Translations under genes and position numbers: made by a program
Part shown: in pieces, positions 8,496-19,357 of the stretch
How the letters are laid out: every line of letters begins with the position of its first letter
Position numbering within the stretch: the stretch's first letter is position 1
Notes under the pieces: model-generated
What the model was told of the DNA's origin: nothing
What the model saw: the letters and a program-made list of their open reading frames with translations, nothing else
The model's database searches: none
Source: an uncultured cyanobacterium
GTDB taxonomy: Bacteria > Cyanobacteriota > Cyanobacteriia > Phormidesmidales > Phormidesmidaceae
Assembly: GCA_963793265.1 (NCBI GenBank)
Contig: CAWBZI010000003.1
Location: 32,001 to 96,000 of the forward strand
Direction of reading: 5' to 3'
DNA length: 64,000 nt

Positions 8496-8581
8496 GCTGT
8501 AATTCTCCTAAAGGTTAGAAAAATCGAGAAATGACTGCGTTTACATCTGCACTGCTATAGTCTTAGGCAATTGTTGATTAG

Positions 8582-8971
8582 CTAGAGCAAGCAGTGAACT
8601 GGTGTTACAATCAGGGTGTTGCCCTTTTTACCGATCGCGATCGCAAACTGATCGGGCAACAACGCTGTAGAGCGGCTTGTTTTACAAAGCTCAGCTCGCC
8701 AGCTAATGCTATTGGCCCTGACACGCCCGGCGCTCGATATGTGAATGGTGCTAGTAACGCGGCAGAAGAGTCCTTGGTCGAACATTTCAGTTTCAAATTC
8801 TTTGAGTGGCCGTAGAGCCTGAGCAGAATCTGCGCGTTTAGGTTGTTGCATAGTGAGTTGTTCTCTAAATGAAAACAGCTGGTTTAAAAGCTGAAAGCGC
8901 AGGCAAACAAAAGAACATAAGTTCCAAATGTCTGCCTGCGCTTGGTCGCAATCGTCAGGCGATGTATGCAT
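8582..8971 (-). CDS. Small NfeD-like C-terminal OB-fold protein (start uncertain)
   Basis: RVTSTI...GRVRANSISWRAEL...LLPDQFAIAIGKKGNTLIVTP matches the NfeD-C pattern. Confidence 0.7.
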   Translation of the reverse strand: MHTSPDDCDQAQADIWNLCSFVCLRFQLLNQLFSFREQLTMQQPKRADSAQALRPLKEFETEMFDQGLFCRVTSTIHISSAGRVRANSISWRAELCKTSRSTALLPDQFAIAIGKKGNTLIVTPVHCLL

Positions 8972-9027
8972 TTGTAGTAAGGCTTTGAAGAAAAACTAAA
9001 GTGAGATAGAGGTGAGGCTTGGCTTGA

Positions 9028-9348
9028 TCAGGTGCGCAGATCTTCAATAATGACGTGTCGCTTAGGCGGCCTATTGCAACCGTATCGTTGCAGCAGGTCG
9101 CGACCAACATGCTCGCTCCAGTGATGAACCGAGGTGACATCTTTAGGCTGAAGATATTCTCGATAAATAGCGCCTACGTGTAGCTGCATAGCAAGCGACC
9201 CCTTTTTAGGTTGAGCCTTAGCCGTGTGAATTAGAAGATCGCCAAACTCACCCTTAGACAAAATACCGACCTGCGCCATGCTCATCATGTTGAGTGCAGG
9301 CGGAAACCACAGTGGCACTGCTTGAGCAGAGGTGATCGCCTCTGACAT
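9028..9348 (-). CDS. Hypothetical protein (ORF extends to 9471)
   Basis: Open frame co-oriented with the NfeD-like gene; no recognised motif. Confidence 0.45.
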   Translation of the reverse strand: MSEAITSAQAVPLWFPPALNMMSMAQVGILSKGEFGDLLIHTAKAQPKKGSLAMQLHVGAIYREYLQPKDVTSVHHWSEHVGRDLLQRYGCNRPPKRHVIIEDLRT

Positions 9349-9755
9349 GGAGTCTTTAAGCAGATTTGATTTTTGATTAAGCGGTTGCGGACTATATATC
9401 AGCACTGCCATAAGGTGCTGTGGATAGTGCCTATATAGCTGTAAGGAATCAAAGCATTGAGAATGAAACATTGTGGAGCACCTGGATTAGATCAAGAGGC
9501 TGCAACTGAGGCAACGGCTGTTGTGATCAAGCTGAACTATTTAGATGTTATGCCAAAAATAAAAAAGTGGATCATCTTTAAGCGTATTAAATGCTACATA
9601 CTTAAATATTTTTATATTTTCTGCCAAATCGATAATAGTTTTTGGGTTAAATTCTTAAATTCTATCTAGATTGTTCGTATTTGCGACTTTTTTCGTTTTA
9701 AAAACGTAGAAGTTCTAATAGCTTGTGCGTCTCATACTGTTTTTCAGATTTTTAG

Positions 9756-9770
9756 TGTACAGTTTGTACA
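9756..9770. promoter_or_regulatory. TGTACA-N3-TGTACA palindrome in an AT-rich divergent intergenic region
   Basis: TGTACAGTTTGTACA seen directly; function inferred. Confidence 0.35.
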
Positions 9771-9910
9771 TCCACTGAGCGAGCTACACTTAGATGCGAA
9801 ATTTTCGGTGTCTAGAAGCATCTGAAAGGTTCGTATCTTGGGCACACGTTTTAAGGGCAAAAGTTCACCCATTCAACGAGCTATAGACCGCAGTAAGGGA
9901 CGTTAGTGAC

Positions 9911-12900
9911 ATGCGCAAAGACTCTGGTGCTTCAAACCGTAGACAGCGAGATACTGCCGATCAGGCTCGCGATCGCGCACTATATCGATATCTTCTGAAG
10001 CTCACTGACTTAGGGCTATCAGGCAAAGGTAGCCTGCCGAATGAAACTAGCATTGCAAAGCAGTGGGGCGTTGAGGAAAATCGTATTTTTGTGCGGCGGG
10101 TGCTGCGCTCCGTCCTTTTTGATGAGCTGTATGCCGAAAAAGAGAAAAAGCCGTCGTCTATTCCTGGGCTAACGCTCTCTAAGCTGGTGAACATTCTATC
10201 GGCGCTGCAAACCTATCAAGAAAAGCAGCAGGCTCAAGCAGGCAGCGCTGACAGCAAAACGCGGCCCGTTATTAGCCGGGCAGAAAAGCTCAAGGCACTA
10301 CAGCTATTTGCGCAGCTTTCGGCTGAGGAGCGATCGCAAATCGAACTAGCCCCGCACCCAAGCGAAGCCTTGATCGGACAAATTCTCGAAAAAGCAACCA
10401 GCAAAGCCGATCCCTATACCACCGCCGATGCTACTCGCCTCTATCGTTTCTTTTTGCAGCAGCTCAGCGAACCTTCCTCTCGTAGCCTAGCTAATGCCCT
10501 TTCGAGCGCTCAGGAAGGTAGCTCAAAATCAACGGGGCTAAGAGGGCTAATCAAAGCCATGGTGGCCCGTCATATAGAGCAGTACTATCCCAGCCTGCCA
10601 GGGCCTACAAAAGAACGAAAGATCAAGGCGTTTGTTGGTAAAGTACGGCGAGAAATTGATCGCATTGAACTACAGTCGGGTGCGGAACAGGCCCATACGT
10701 TTTTGAGCGATGAGAGTGCTAGCAGCCATCACAACAGTCCAAGCCTACTCAGACTGCTAACGCCCGAGTTTATCCAGCGTCTTACATATTCTGTAATCGA
10801 TAACGAGGTGCTTACCGACGAATTTCCAATTCACATTAAGCACTTCGAAATTGAGCGAGTCAAACCGCTGCCGCTATACATTAAGCGGCACAATAACGAA
10901 AAGAATGGGCTATTAAACGCTTTATTCTTAAAAGATAGCAAAGCGCCGCGCAGCGTTGAAGGGCTCGAACGACAAGTAGCCTATCGAGCGCGCGTGCACT
11001 TTTACATCAAGCTACCCGACGACTACAACATTCAGTTTGAGAATCTGACTATATTTAAAGAGATCTCTGGCCAGCGCCGTTTGGAGTTCTCTGAAGAAGT
11101 CGTTGGCGTCGGCTGCGTCACCTCGCACATTATCGCGGTGATCAACCGGGTACTGCTATGGGATATTCCTTCACTCCGGGACTATCTTCCTATTGCTGAT
11201 GGCACGCATTGTAACGATGAAGTTATTGGGAGCACCCCCAACAGCCCAATGTGGTCGCACTGTGTCGCGAAACTATACAGGCGCGAAGACGTGCGCAAGG
11301 CCATTGAGCAGGGCAAATCCTGCGAGGCCGTCGCCACCACAGCAGAAACGGCCAGCGCCGACTTTTGCGGATTTGATCTGTTGGAAACGGTATCAAAGTC
11401 CGCTTTATTAGCGCGGCTAAGGCTGGTAAAACAAACGCTCGCCCATCATCCTGAAACCAGCACAAGTCAATACGTAGGAGAGCTGTGCGCGCGGGTTGAG
11501 GAGATGAGCGCACTCAAGCGCGCCCAAAGTCTGCTAAGTGGCTACCCGTTTTCGCTCAGGGCGATGGAGGGTGAGCTAGACACCACTATCTTTGCCGGAA
11601 AATACCGAGAGCGCTTGGAAAAGACTGTTTTCAAGCAGCTTTCTCCTAACTGGAGTGTGGTGGCTGTAGAAGCACAGCTTTCTATTGCAGAAGCTAATCT
11701 TAAAGAAGGGTTGTTTCATATCGCGAAAAGATATCTTGATGCGCTGCCAGATTCTTTTCGCAACAAAGAAGAGCATGTTGGTGATTTGCTCATGGCCCGC
11801 TACTGCCTGTGTATGTTTCGATATTACTATCTCAGTGATTTAGCAGATCCCGCCTGTCTGTTCGAAGATCGTCATATGGCTATTCGCAGGGCAGAAGAAG
11901 AGCTAGAAAAAGCAGAAGACTATCTACAAAAGCGGCTAAAGCACTACGAGAAATTAGACGAGCTGACACAGAGCAATCTGAATCCTCAGTTTTATTTCCT
12001 CTCGCGAGTGTACGCGCACAGGGCCAAGCTTCAGATTTTTTTTCCGACCTATATGCCTAAGCTAGACCGGTGGAGCATGTTGCTAGAACCGGTTAAGCTG
12101 CTCGAAAAAGCGCGCATTTATGCTGCTAGAGACGGCGAACCTTCGCTTTATGCCCAGTGGTCAGCTTATCAAAGCTGGTGCTACATTATGCTGGCATACT
12201 TGGCTAAGGCTGAAGATATTAGCAGTAAAAGCTTGAGCTATTCAAGCTGTCTAGACTGGGCGAAGCGACTCATTGAACACGCTGAGATCTGCTACTCACC
12301 GATTGGGAAACAGTGCTATCAACAAATCAAAGACGGGGACGGACGCACCACCGAACACAGTATTGATCCACCGACAGAATCTCAGCATCAGAAGACCCCT
12401 CTCAAAACACAACATATTCTTCGAGATAGGCCAAGGCCAAGGTATTACGAGAAATATGGCAGCACAATGATTCGGGTCATTCCTTTGGTTCAAGAGCTGT
12501 TTCAAAACGAAGGCAAAAAAAAGAATCAGCGCTATCAGTCGGATAGCCACGTCGTTGAAATAGATCTTGATTTACTCAAAATTCCAGGGAAGGACGAGAG
12601 TGGCTCTGTTTATCTTTTTGGGATGCAGTCAGGAATTTTGCTGTTTGCTAAAGGGGTGCTGGCGCTCTGCAAAGATTACGAAGACGATAAGAAACTATTA
12701 GAGGCGATTGACGGACAGGCAATGAGAATGTTCCAGTACTGTTGCGCAATCACTTCCGACGGCACTAGGCGAATCGACAGCAAAGCTGACTGGCCTAACG
12801 GCACTGAGGAAAATTCGACCGTGCTTGATAGAACGCTACCCGACCACAACGCAGAAAACGAAGCGCACAAGGACGACCACACCCAAAAGATAGACGACGA

Positions 12901-13381
12901 TACACATTCGCGCGATCGCCTCCTGCAATACTTCTATCCTCACCGGCTCACTCAATTTGCCGACTTAGGGAAAATATTTATCATTGTGTGTCGGCTCATT
13001 CTGCTCGTCACCCACAGCGCTGCACACGGTTCTGCATATTCACAACAAGCTTTAGAAGAAAAAGGTTTAAAAGAGATTAATTCTTTTTCTGGAAACGAAG
13101 TTAAAAGAATTCGCGCGCTCGTGAAAGAGCTTCGGAGGAACGATAGCTTCCCGTTTGACAAAAATCAAACCTGTGGTCAAAAGAGATACAACGGACAGCT
13201 TGCCAAACACTACAAGCACCTAGATAAATACGTTGAAGTCTTTATTGAAGCCTTTCAAGATCACAGGCTAAAAAAAATGAGCGGGTTCTACTTACGCGAC
13301 CTGCTCGTTACGGACATGTTTAAAATCATTCGAGGGGAGGTGAGCGTCATGCCTGATGTACGCCCTAAGCAGCAGTCCTAA
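9911..13381 (+). CDS. Large hypothetical protein, putative N-terminal HTH plus helical/TPR-like region
   Basis: 1156-aa ORF; ETSIAKQWGV..RIFVRRVL...PGLTLSKLVNIL resembles an XRE-type HTH; Ala/Tyr/Leu-rich helices in the C-terminal half. Confidence 0.8.
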   Translation: MRKDSGASNRRQRDTADQARDRALYRYLLKLTDLGLSGKGSLPNETSIAKQWGVEENRIFVRRVLRSVLFDELYAEKEKKPSSIPGLTLSKLVNILSALQTYQEKQQAQAGSADSKTRPVISRAEKLKALQLFAQLSAEERSQIELAPHPSEALIGQILEKATSKADPYTTADATRLYRFFLQQLSEPSSRSLANALSSAQEGSSKSTGLRGLIKAMVARHIEQYYPSLPGPTKERKIKAFVGKVRREIDRIELQSGAEQAHTFLSDESASSHHNSPSLLRLLTPEFIQRLTYSVIDNEVLTDEFPIHIKHFEIERVKPLPLYIKRHNNEKNGLLNALFLKDSKAPRSVEGLERQVAYRARVHFYIKLPDDYNIQFENLTIFKEISGQRRLEFSEEVVGVGCVTSHIIAVINRVLLWDIPSLRDYLPIADGTHCNDEVIGSTPNSPMWSHCVAKLYRREDVRKAIEQGKSCEAVATTAETASADFCGFDLLETVSKSALLARLRLVKQTLAHHPETSTSQYVGELCARVEEMSALKRAQSLLSGYPFSLRAMEGELDTTIFAGKYRERLEKTVFKQLSPNWSVVAVEAQLSIAEANLKEGLFHIAKRYLDALPDSFRNKEEHVGDLLMARYCLCMFRYYYLSDLADPACLFEDRHMAIRRAEEELEKAEDYLQKRLKHYEKLDELTQSNLNPQFYFLSRVYAHRAKLQIFFPTYMPKLDRWSMLLEPVKLLEKARIYAARDGEPSLYAQWSAYQSWCYIMLAYLAKAEDISSKSLSYSSCLDWAKRLIEHAEICYSPIGKQCYQQIKDGDGRTTEHSIDPPTESQHQKTPLKTQHILRDRPRPRYYEKYGSTMIRVIPLVQELFQNEGKKKNQRYQSDSHVVEIDLDLLKIPGKDESGSVYLFGMQSGILLFAKGVLALCKDYEDDKKLLEAIDGQAMRMFQYCCAITSDGTRRIDSKADWPNGTEENSTVLDRTLPDHNAENEAHKDDHTQKIDDDTHSRDRLLQYFYPHRLTQFADLGKIFIIVCRLILLVTHSAAHGSAYSQQALEEKGLKEINSFSGNEVKRIRALVKELRRNDSFPFDKNQTCGQKRYNGQLAKHYKHLDKYVEVFIEAFQDHRLKKMSGFYLRDLLVTDMFKIIRGEVSVMPDVRPKQQS

Positions 13382-13605
13382 ACGACGACTTCTTTGACAA
13401 GCGTCTCTAAGCCCTGGTTATATTCAAACAACACTTTGCCATTCAGCCGCTTCTTTAGCGTCTCTAGCTGCTTATAGCCTTCTAATAGCTCCATCCGTTC
13501 TTCGTCTGTGATACTACCAGTAGCCTGTTCGCTGTTCGGGCTGCTCTGACGCCTTACTTGAATAATGGCATCTAGAGCCTCTACTACTAACTGTGGATTA
13601 TCCAT
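13378..13605 (-). CDS. Small hypothetical protein
   Basis: 75-aa ATG ORF, amphipathic helices, stop overlaps the stop of the 1156-aa gene. Confidence 0.55.
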   Translation of the reverse strand: MDNPQLVVEALDAIIQVRRQSSPNSEQATGSITDEERMELLEGYKQLETLKKRLNGKVLFEYNQGLETLVKEVVV

Positions 13606-13905
13606 GCTTTTTAAGTATTCTCATCAAAATGCTTGAAATGTTCTATTCATGGCGAAACCTTAGCACAGTAGCTACAGCTAGATAATTTCGCGCAGCAGCT
13701 TCACCAGAACTTTATCCGATTGAAAGGCATCGTCGTCGCAAGCGACAGGACACATCTAAGACACGCATATGGCTTATTAACAGGCTTATACAAAGCTGCT
13801 AGCAGTCCCAGAATTACGATGTCTAGGCCCTATCCTACCGTGACAAGATTCATCTGACCATCAGTTTTTATGATTATTGTGATTATATTGATATCACTTT
13901 TCAGC

Positions 13906-15753
13906 TCAATCGATCTCAGTTGTGAAGGGCAATCGCATATAAGTATTATTTGGATCGTTTAGAGACTCTAACAGCGTGAATTCTTCTCGTAGTTTCAAGA
14001 GCTGATCGGTGAGGGGATCTTTGTTCCAGGGCAAGCGGGTCACAAAGCCTGCGGCTGCCTCTACGCCAAAAATGCTGTCTAGTAGCTGCTCTTCAAAAGA
14101 CGGAAGGCGAGGAAACTCACTTACGGTATAGTCTTCGATTTCGGCAGTCTCAGCAGCTAGCGCGATCGCATCTTCCAATCCCCCCAGCTCATCGACTAAA
14201 TTCGCCTTAATCGCATCTTCACCCGACCAAACCCGCCCCTGAGCCACCTGACTCACCCGCGTTTTAGAAATATCTCGCCCCGTTGCGACAATACTCATAA
14301 AGCGGTCATACAGCGTATCTACATAGTCCTGCTGAATCTTCAGCTCAGCTTCGGTCTGCGGCCTAGCCGTCGTTTGCATATCGGCAAACTTAGCCGTTTT
14401 CACCACGTCCCAGGTAATGCCGTTCTCATTGGCAATCTCTTGAAAGTTCAGCAGCAGGCCAAACACGCCAATCGAGCCGGTAATCGTCGTCGGCGAAGCC
14501 AGGATCTTTGCACCCGGCGCAGCAATCATGTAGCCGCCTGAGGCCGCATAGTCGCCCATTGAGATAATTACCGGCTTCTCTTCTGCCAATAGCTGCACCT
14601 CATGCGCGATCATTTCTGAGGCAACGGCGCTACCGCCAGGGCTGTTCACTCTTAGTACAACCGCCTTCGTGTCTTCGTCTCGGCGCATTTTGCGAAGCGT
14701 AGAAGATAAGCCCTCAGAAGTGATAGAGCCGGGCTGGCTGTCTTCGCCCATGACAATGCCGCCCTCTGCATAGACGATGGCGATCGCATCATCACCGCGA
14801 TTAGCGCGATCGCTCTCCATCCGAGTTATTAGAGCATATTCCGCCAGCCCCACCTGCGGAAACACATCCTCGTCTTCATCCGTAAAATCATCGGCCTTAA
14901 TCTCTTCGGTTTCCGTGCCCGTTAGCTCTTTTAGCCCTGCAAGCACATCGTCATAAAACCCAAGCTGATCGACCAGTCCGACTGATAGCGCATCTGCTGA
15001 CTCAATCAGGCCACCTTCATCAGCCAGGGTTTGTAGCTGCTCGGCAGTAATATCGCGATCGCTCGATACCGTCTGCAAAAAATCCGTCCACAGATCCCCA
15101 ATCAAAGCCTCCGTCTGCTGCTTGGCCGCAGGACTACTCTGTGACTGTGTAAACGGCTCAACCGCCGACTTATATTTGCCTACCCGCAACACCTGCACAC
15201 CCACACCGTACTTATCAAGCGCATTGCCCAAAAACTGAGTTTCCGCCCTAAACCCGTTTACCTCCATTAGGCCAACCGGCGCAAGCACAAGGTTATCGGC
15301 CACCGAGGCCACGTAATAGCCGCTCTCATCAAAGCCCGTGTTATACGCCCAAATTGGCTTACCTGATTCCTTAAACTCACTGAGCGCGGCCCGCACTTCC
15401 TTCAGCGTAGCGAGCCCTTCATTCGGTGATCCCTTAAGGTAGATGCCTGAAATCTTGTCATCTTCAGCCGCCGCCTTAATCGCGGCCAAAGCCCCATACA
15501 CCGACACCGACGGCGGCTGCCCGTATACATCAAACAGCGCGCCCGATGAGGGCACTCCATCGACAATATCGGTACTCAAGTCAAACACCAGCACTGACTT
15601 ATCTTCTAGCTCCACCTCCGGCTCCGAGCTTCCTGACGAAAGCAGCACGCCTACTAGGCCAAACGCCCCAATGCCCAGCAGCAGAAGCAGGCTAAACAAG
15701 CCCACCATCGTACCTACCGCGCTCGCAGCCGCAACTTTAAAGAAATCTCGCAT
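13906..15753 (-). CDS. sppA: Signal peptide peptidase SppA (67K type)
   Basis: RVGKYKSAVEPF, VVLRVNSPGGS, SMGDYAASGGY, TGSIGV, GRVWSG. Confidence 0.96.
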   Translation of the reverse strand: MRDFFKVAAASAVGTMVGLFSLLLLLGIGAFGLVGVLLSSGSSEPEVELEDKSVLVFDLSTDIVDGVPSSGALFDVYGQPPSVSVYGALAAIKAAAEDDKISGIYLKGSPNEGLATLKEVRAALSEFKESGKPIWAYNTGFDESGYYVASVADNLVLAPVGLMEVNGFRAETQFLGNALDKYGVGVQVLRVGKYKSAVEPFTQSQSSPAAKQQTEALIGDLWTDFLQTVSSDRDITAEQLQTLADEGGLIESADALSVGLVDQLGFYDDVLAGLKELTGTETEEIKADDFTDEDEDVFPQVGLAEYALITRMESDRANRGDDAIAIVYAEGGIVMGEDSQPGSITSEGLSSTLRKMRRDEDTKAVVLRVNSPGGSAVASEMIAHEVQLLAEEKPVIISMGDYAASGGYMIAAPGAKILASPTTITGSIGVFGLLLNFQEIANENGITWDVVKTAKFADMQTTARPQTEAELKIQQDYVDTLYDRFMSIVATGRDISKTRVSQVAQGRVWSGEDAIKANLVDELGGLEDAIALAAETAEIEDYTVSEFPRLPSFEEQLLDSIFGVEAAAGFVTRLPWNKDPLTDQLLKLREEFTLLESLNDPNNTYMRLPFTTEID

Positions 15754-15901
15754 CGGTTTGTTCTATCCGGCTTGCCCGGCTTGCTCTAGGTGATAAATAG
15801 TGATGGGTGAAAAGGGTGACGAATCAAATGTAATAAGTCTAAGGTAGCGCTATCTACCCAAAGACAGCCGTTACATCCCTCATAATGTTACGAACGAAAT
15901 A

Positions 15902-17023
15902 CTACAGAGCGCGGCGTAGCACATCGCTTTGACGCAACGCGGTCAAATTCTCGCACCCTGTACAAAACAATACAGTCACAATTTCTGCAATCAGTGCTTC
16001 ACATAGCTCCGCTAAGGCCGCTTCCGACTGACTCGCCGCCTGCAAAAAGGGCAATGCCAGGCCAGCCAAATCCGCGCCCAGTGCTAACGATTTGGCAGCA
16101 TCAAGCCCATTACGTAGCCCACCTGAGGCAATCAGAGGCACTTCTTGAGTCCGCGCATCATCAAGCCCGCGAATGCTGGTGATACACTCTGCGGTCGGGA
16201 TGCCCCAGTCTGCAAACGTATTGCCCAGCCGCCTTTGCTTAGCATCTTTAGCCCGCTCGCTTTCTACCCGCGCCCAAGACGTGCCCCCAGCACCCGCTAC
16301 ATCCAGCGCCGATACGCCAATATCCATTAGTCGCCGGGCCATCACCGCCGAGATGCCGTTGCCCACTTCTTTGGCCACAATCGGCACGGGCAAAAGGCCC
16401 ACAAGCTGCTCAATTTTGGCAAATAGCCCCTTAAAGTTGACGTCGCCTTCGGTTTGTACCGCCTCTTGCAGCGGATTTAGATGCAAAATTAGCGCGTCTG
16501 CTTCTATCGCATCTACGGCCTTTTGGCACTGGCTAATGCCGTAGTCGTAGTTGAGCTGTACCGCGCCTAAGTTGGCGAATAGCAGCGCGTCGGGGGCGTG
16601 CTGACGAACTGAGAAGGTGGGAATGAGATCGGGATTTTCGACAGCGACCCGCTGAGAGCCAACGCCCATTGCCAGACCAAAGCGCTGCGCGGTTTTCGCT
16701 AGCCGCTGGTTGATCGTGCGAGCTTGTTCTGTGCCACCTGTCATGGAGGAGATCAGAAGGGGCGTGGCGATCGCCTTGCCTAAAAACGTCGATGAAATAT
16801 CAATCTCAGCGCGGTTCAGCTCGGGCAAACAGGCGTGGGTAAAGCGATACCGCTCTAGGCCGTTGGTAATGCGGTGGCTCTGCACGTCTTCTTCTAAACA
16901 CACGCGCAAATGGTCTGCCTTGCGAATCTGTGTCTCTAGGGCTTGTGCTTCTGGGGCTTGTGTTTCTGAGGCTTGTGTTTCTAATGAGGCGGATGGCGAC
17001 GGGCTCACGGTTCGATTTCTCAC
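15902..17023 (-). CDS. fni: Type 2 isopentenyl-diphosphate delta-isomerase
   Basis: [40 protein letters not shown]. Confidence 0.96.
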   Translation of the reverse strand: MRNRTVSPSPSASLETQASETQAPEAQALETQIRKADHLRVCLEEDVQSHRITNGLERYRFTHACLPELNRAEIDISSTFLGKAIATPLLISSMTGGTEQARTINQRLAKTAQRFGLAMGVGSQRVAVENPDLIPTFSVRQHAPDALLFANLGAVQLNYDYGISQCQKAVDAIEADALILHLNPLQEAVQTEGDVNFKGLFAKIEQLVGLLPVPIVAKEVGNGISAVMARRLMDIGVSALDVAGAGGTSWARVESERAKDAKQRRLGNTFADWGIPTAECITSIRGLDDARTQEVPLIASGGLRNGLDAAKSLALGADLAGLALPFLQAASQSEAALAELCEALIAEIVTVLFCTGCENLTALRQSDVLRRAL

Positions 17024-17168
17024 TCAAGACACGTACAAGTAGAGTCCTAACCTACCGCACTCTTATGGCCGGTTTCGGAGCGATCGCACCTAAATAGCAC
17101 ATAACGTAAAGTGAGCGCCTGACTCTCCTCAAAAGCACCTAAGCCCCAAAAACCCCAAGTCCCTAGCC

Positions 17169-17705
17169 TTACGGCTGCGTCAGCTCCACACCGTCCTTAT
17201 CATCCACCGCCTGCACAAACACCTTTACCGTCTCATCGCTCGCGGTCGGCAATTGTTTCCCCACAAAATCGGGGTGAATCGGCACCTGCCGGTGCCCGCG
17301 ATCGATCAGCACCGCCAGGCGAATCGTCGCCGGACGACCGTAGTCATGCACCGCATTCAAAGCCGCTCGCACCGTACGACCGCTGTAAATTACATCGTCT
17401 ACTAGCACCACCGTCTTACCAGCCAAGTCAAACGGGATCTCAGTTTTAGCCGGTGTCCGTACGCCGATCTTATCGAGATCGTCGCGGTAAAACGTAATAT
17501 CTAGCGAACCTGTAGGCACCACGATGTCTTCTAGCCGCTGAATCTGCTCGGTCAAAACTTCTGCTAGGGGCACCCCCCGCGTCCGAATGCCCAATAACAC
17601 CAGATCGCTTAAATCCTCTGTGCGCTCAACGATTTCAGAGGCCAGCCGATTGAGCGTACGACGAATATCTTCGGGAGAAAGGATGCTGACAACTTTTTGA
17701 ACCAT
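17169..17705 (-). CDS. pyrR: Bifunctional pyr operon regulator/uracil phosphoribosyltransferase
   Basis: [43 protein letters not shown]. Confidence 0.96.
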   Translation of the reverse strand: MVQKVVSILSPEDIRRTLNRLASEIVERTEDLSDLVLLGIRTRGVPLAEVLTEQIQRLEDIVVPTGSLDITFYRDDLDKIGVRTPAKTEIPFDLAGKTVVLVDDVIYSGRTVRAALNAVHDYGRPATIRLAVLIDRGHRQVPIHPDFVGKQLPTASDETVKVFVQAVDDKDGVELTQP

Positions 17706-17907
17706 TAGATTTTGTAGAAGCTCGCAAAAGAAGAACAAAGCCGTCGAGTCAAAGCCTTGAAATGAGATGATTAAGATGTGTCTTAAAAGCTATTTTTCAC
17801 TGAGCCCACACACCGTTTTTGGCGGGTAAAGTGGCCTTCGTTAGCTATCTCGCTAAGCACTATCTCGTCACTATCATAAGTAAGATAAGTAAGGTTTAGA
17901 AATTGAA

Positions 17908-18936
17908 TTAGAAACGCGCCATCCAAAGCAAACCAACTGTGCCCATAGCCAGCCCAATTAAGAAACTCCATCGCGTTAGTCTAAGCGCTTCAGCGACAAC
18001 AGCTTCAGTAATCTCTCGCCTCGCTTCGCCTAAGTAGGGCTTTATTTTTAGTTTACCTTGATATGTGTTCGCCCCACCTAGCCGTACGCCTAATGCAGCG
18101 GCATAGGCGCATTCGCTCCACCCAGCGTTAGGACTAGGATCGGCGCTTGCATCTCGCCAGCACAGGCGTAGCACGTAGAGCGGTTTGCCTGAGATCAGCG
18201 CAATAGTCAGGACGCTAAGGCGGCAGGGTAGCCAGGTCAGCACGTCTTCAAACTGGGCGCTAAACCAGCCCAAATGCGTGTAAGGAGCCTCGCGGTAGCC
18301 CACCATAGAATCAAGCGTACTGGCGGCTTTGTAGGCGATCGCAACCCCCACACCCAAAAAAGGAATCCCCCAGTTCGTCCCCACAAACGCCCCCAGCAGC
18401 GCATAAAACAAAGGAGCCAGCACACCATCGATCCCGTTTTCGCTCACGGTTTCTAGCACAGCTCGATTGATCTCATCGGCGTCTAGCGCCTCAGTATCGC
18501 GCCCTACGTACATCGCCAGCTTCGAGCGGGCCGTTTTTAAATCGCGATCGCCTAGTGGCCTCAGCACATCCTCAGCCGCCCGCCGCAGGCTCCGCCCAGC
18601 AAAACAGCTTGCTAGCAGCACCACCGCCGCCGCTCGACTTGCCCAGAGCGATACTAGGCTCAACAGCCATAGCCCGCTCCAGCTCAGCACGCCACTGCCC
18701 ACTATCAGCAGGCCAGCTAGCCCAACGCCACCAATTTTCACTGCCCAATCAGACATCTGCCGCGATAGTATCCACTGGCTGTAGGCGCTAATCACCTTGC
18801 CCATCGCCTGCACTGGATGCGGCCAGCCCCAGGGATCGCCCACCCCAAAATCTAGCAGGGCGGCAGCGAGCAAAATAATAATCTCAGACGCTTTAGCCCA
18901 CTCAAGCTGGTCAAACCACAAAACTTGCGCCCTCAC
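17908..18936 (-). CDS. cobD: Adenosylcobinamide-phosphate synthase CbiB/CobD
   Basis: GDPWGWPHPV, VGRDT, ETVSEN..DG, STLDSMVGYR, SPNAGWSE. Confidence 0.95.
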   Translation of the reverse strand: MRAQVLWFDQLEWAKASEIIILLAAALLDFGVGDPWGWPHPVQAMGKVISAYSQWILSRQMSDWAVKIGGVGLAGLLIVGSGVLSWSGLWLLSLVSLWASRAAAVVLLASCFAGRSLRRAAEDVLRPLGDRDLKTARSKLAMYVGRDTEALDADEINRAVLETVSENGIDGVLAPLFYALLGAFVGTNWGIPFLGVGVAIAYKAASTLDSMVGYREAPYTHLGWFSAQFEDVLTWLPCRLSVLTIALISGKPLYVLRLCWRDASADPSPNAGWSECAYAAALGVRLGGANTYQGKLKIKPYLGEARREITEAVVAEALRLTRWSFLIGLAMGTVGLLWMARF

Positions 18937-19357
18937 CCTGAGCCGCCTGCCAGCTCCGCGCGTCGTAGTACAGATCTTCTAGCGTAATGCTGTAAAAGGC
19001 TTCTTTTAGCTTTTGGTGCAGCCGCTGCCACAGCATCGAGGTCACCCAGTCTTCGGCCTGGCCTTCAGCAATACCTACGCCATTGGCCAGCGCGTTCGTC
19101 GATTCCCCCACGGCTTCTAAGATTTGGCCGAGCGAAATTTGGCCGGGCGGCTTCGCTAGCCTGTAGCCGCCGTGTGCGCCTCTCACTGAGCTGACCAGGT
19201 GCGATCGCCGCAGTTCAATCAGCAGCTTTTCTAGATAGGGCGCAGGCAAATTCTGCCTCTGCGAAATGGCGCTTACCGAAGAGACGTTACCGGCTGGCTG
19301 AAGGCTTAAATCCAGTAGCGCTTTAACACTGTAATGACCACGAGTCGTAAGTTTCAT
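18911..19357 (-). CDS. Rrf2-family transcriptional regulator
   Basis: MKLTTRGHYSVKALLDL, YLEKLL, SVRGAHGGY. Confidence 0.93.
   Translation of the reverse strand: MKLTTRGHYSVKALLDLSLQPAGNVSSVSAISQRQNLPAPYLEKLLIELRRSHLVSSVRGAHGGYRLAKPPGQISLGQILEAVGESTNALANGVGIAEGQAEDWVTSMLWQRLHQKLKEAFYSITLEDLYYDARSWQAAQGEGASFVV

Noticed and set aside
9756..9770. NtcA or LexA box
   Set aside because: Spacing is GTA-N7-TAC / GTAC-N5-GTAC, matching neither consensus
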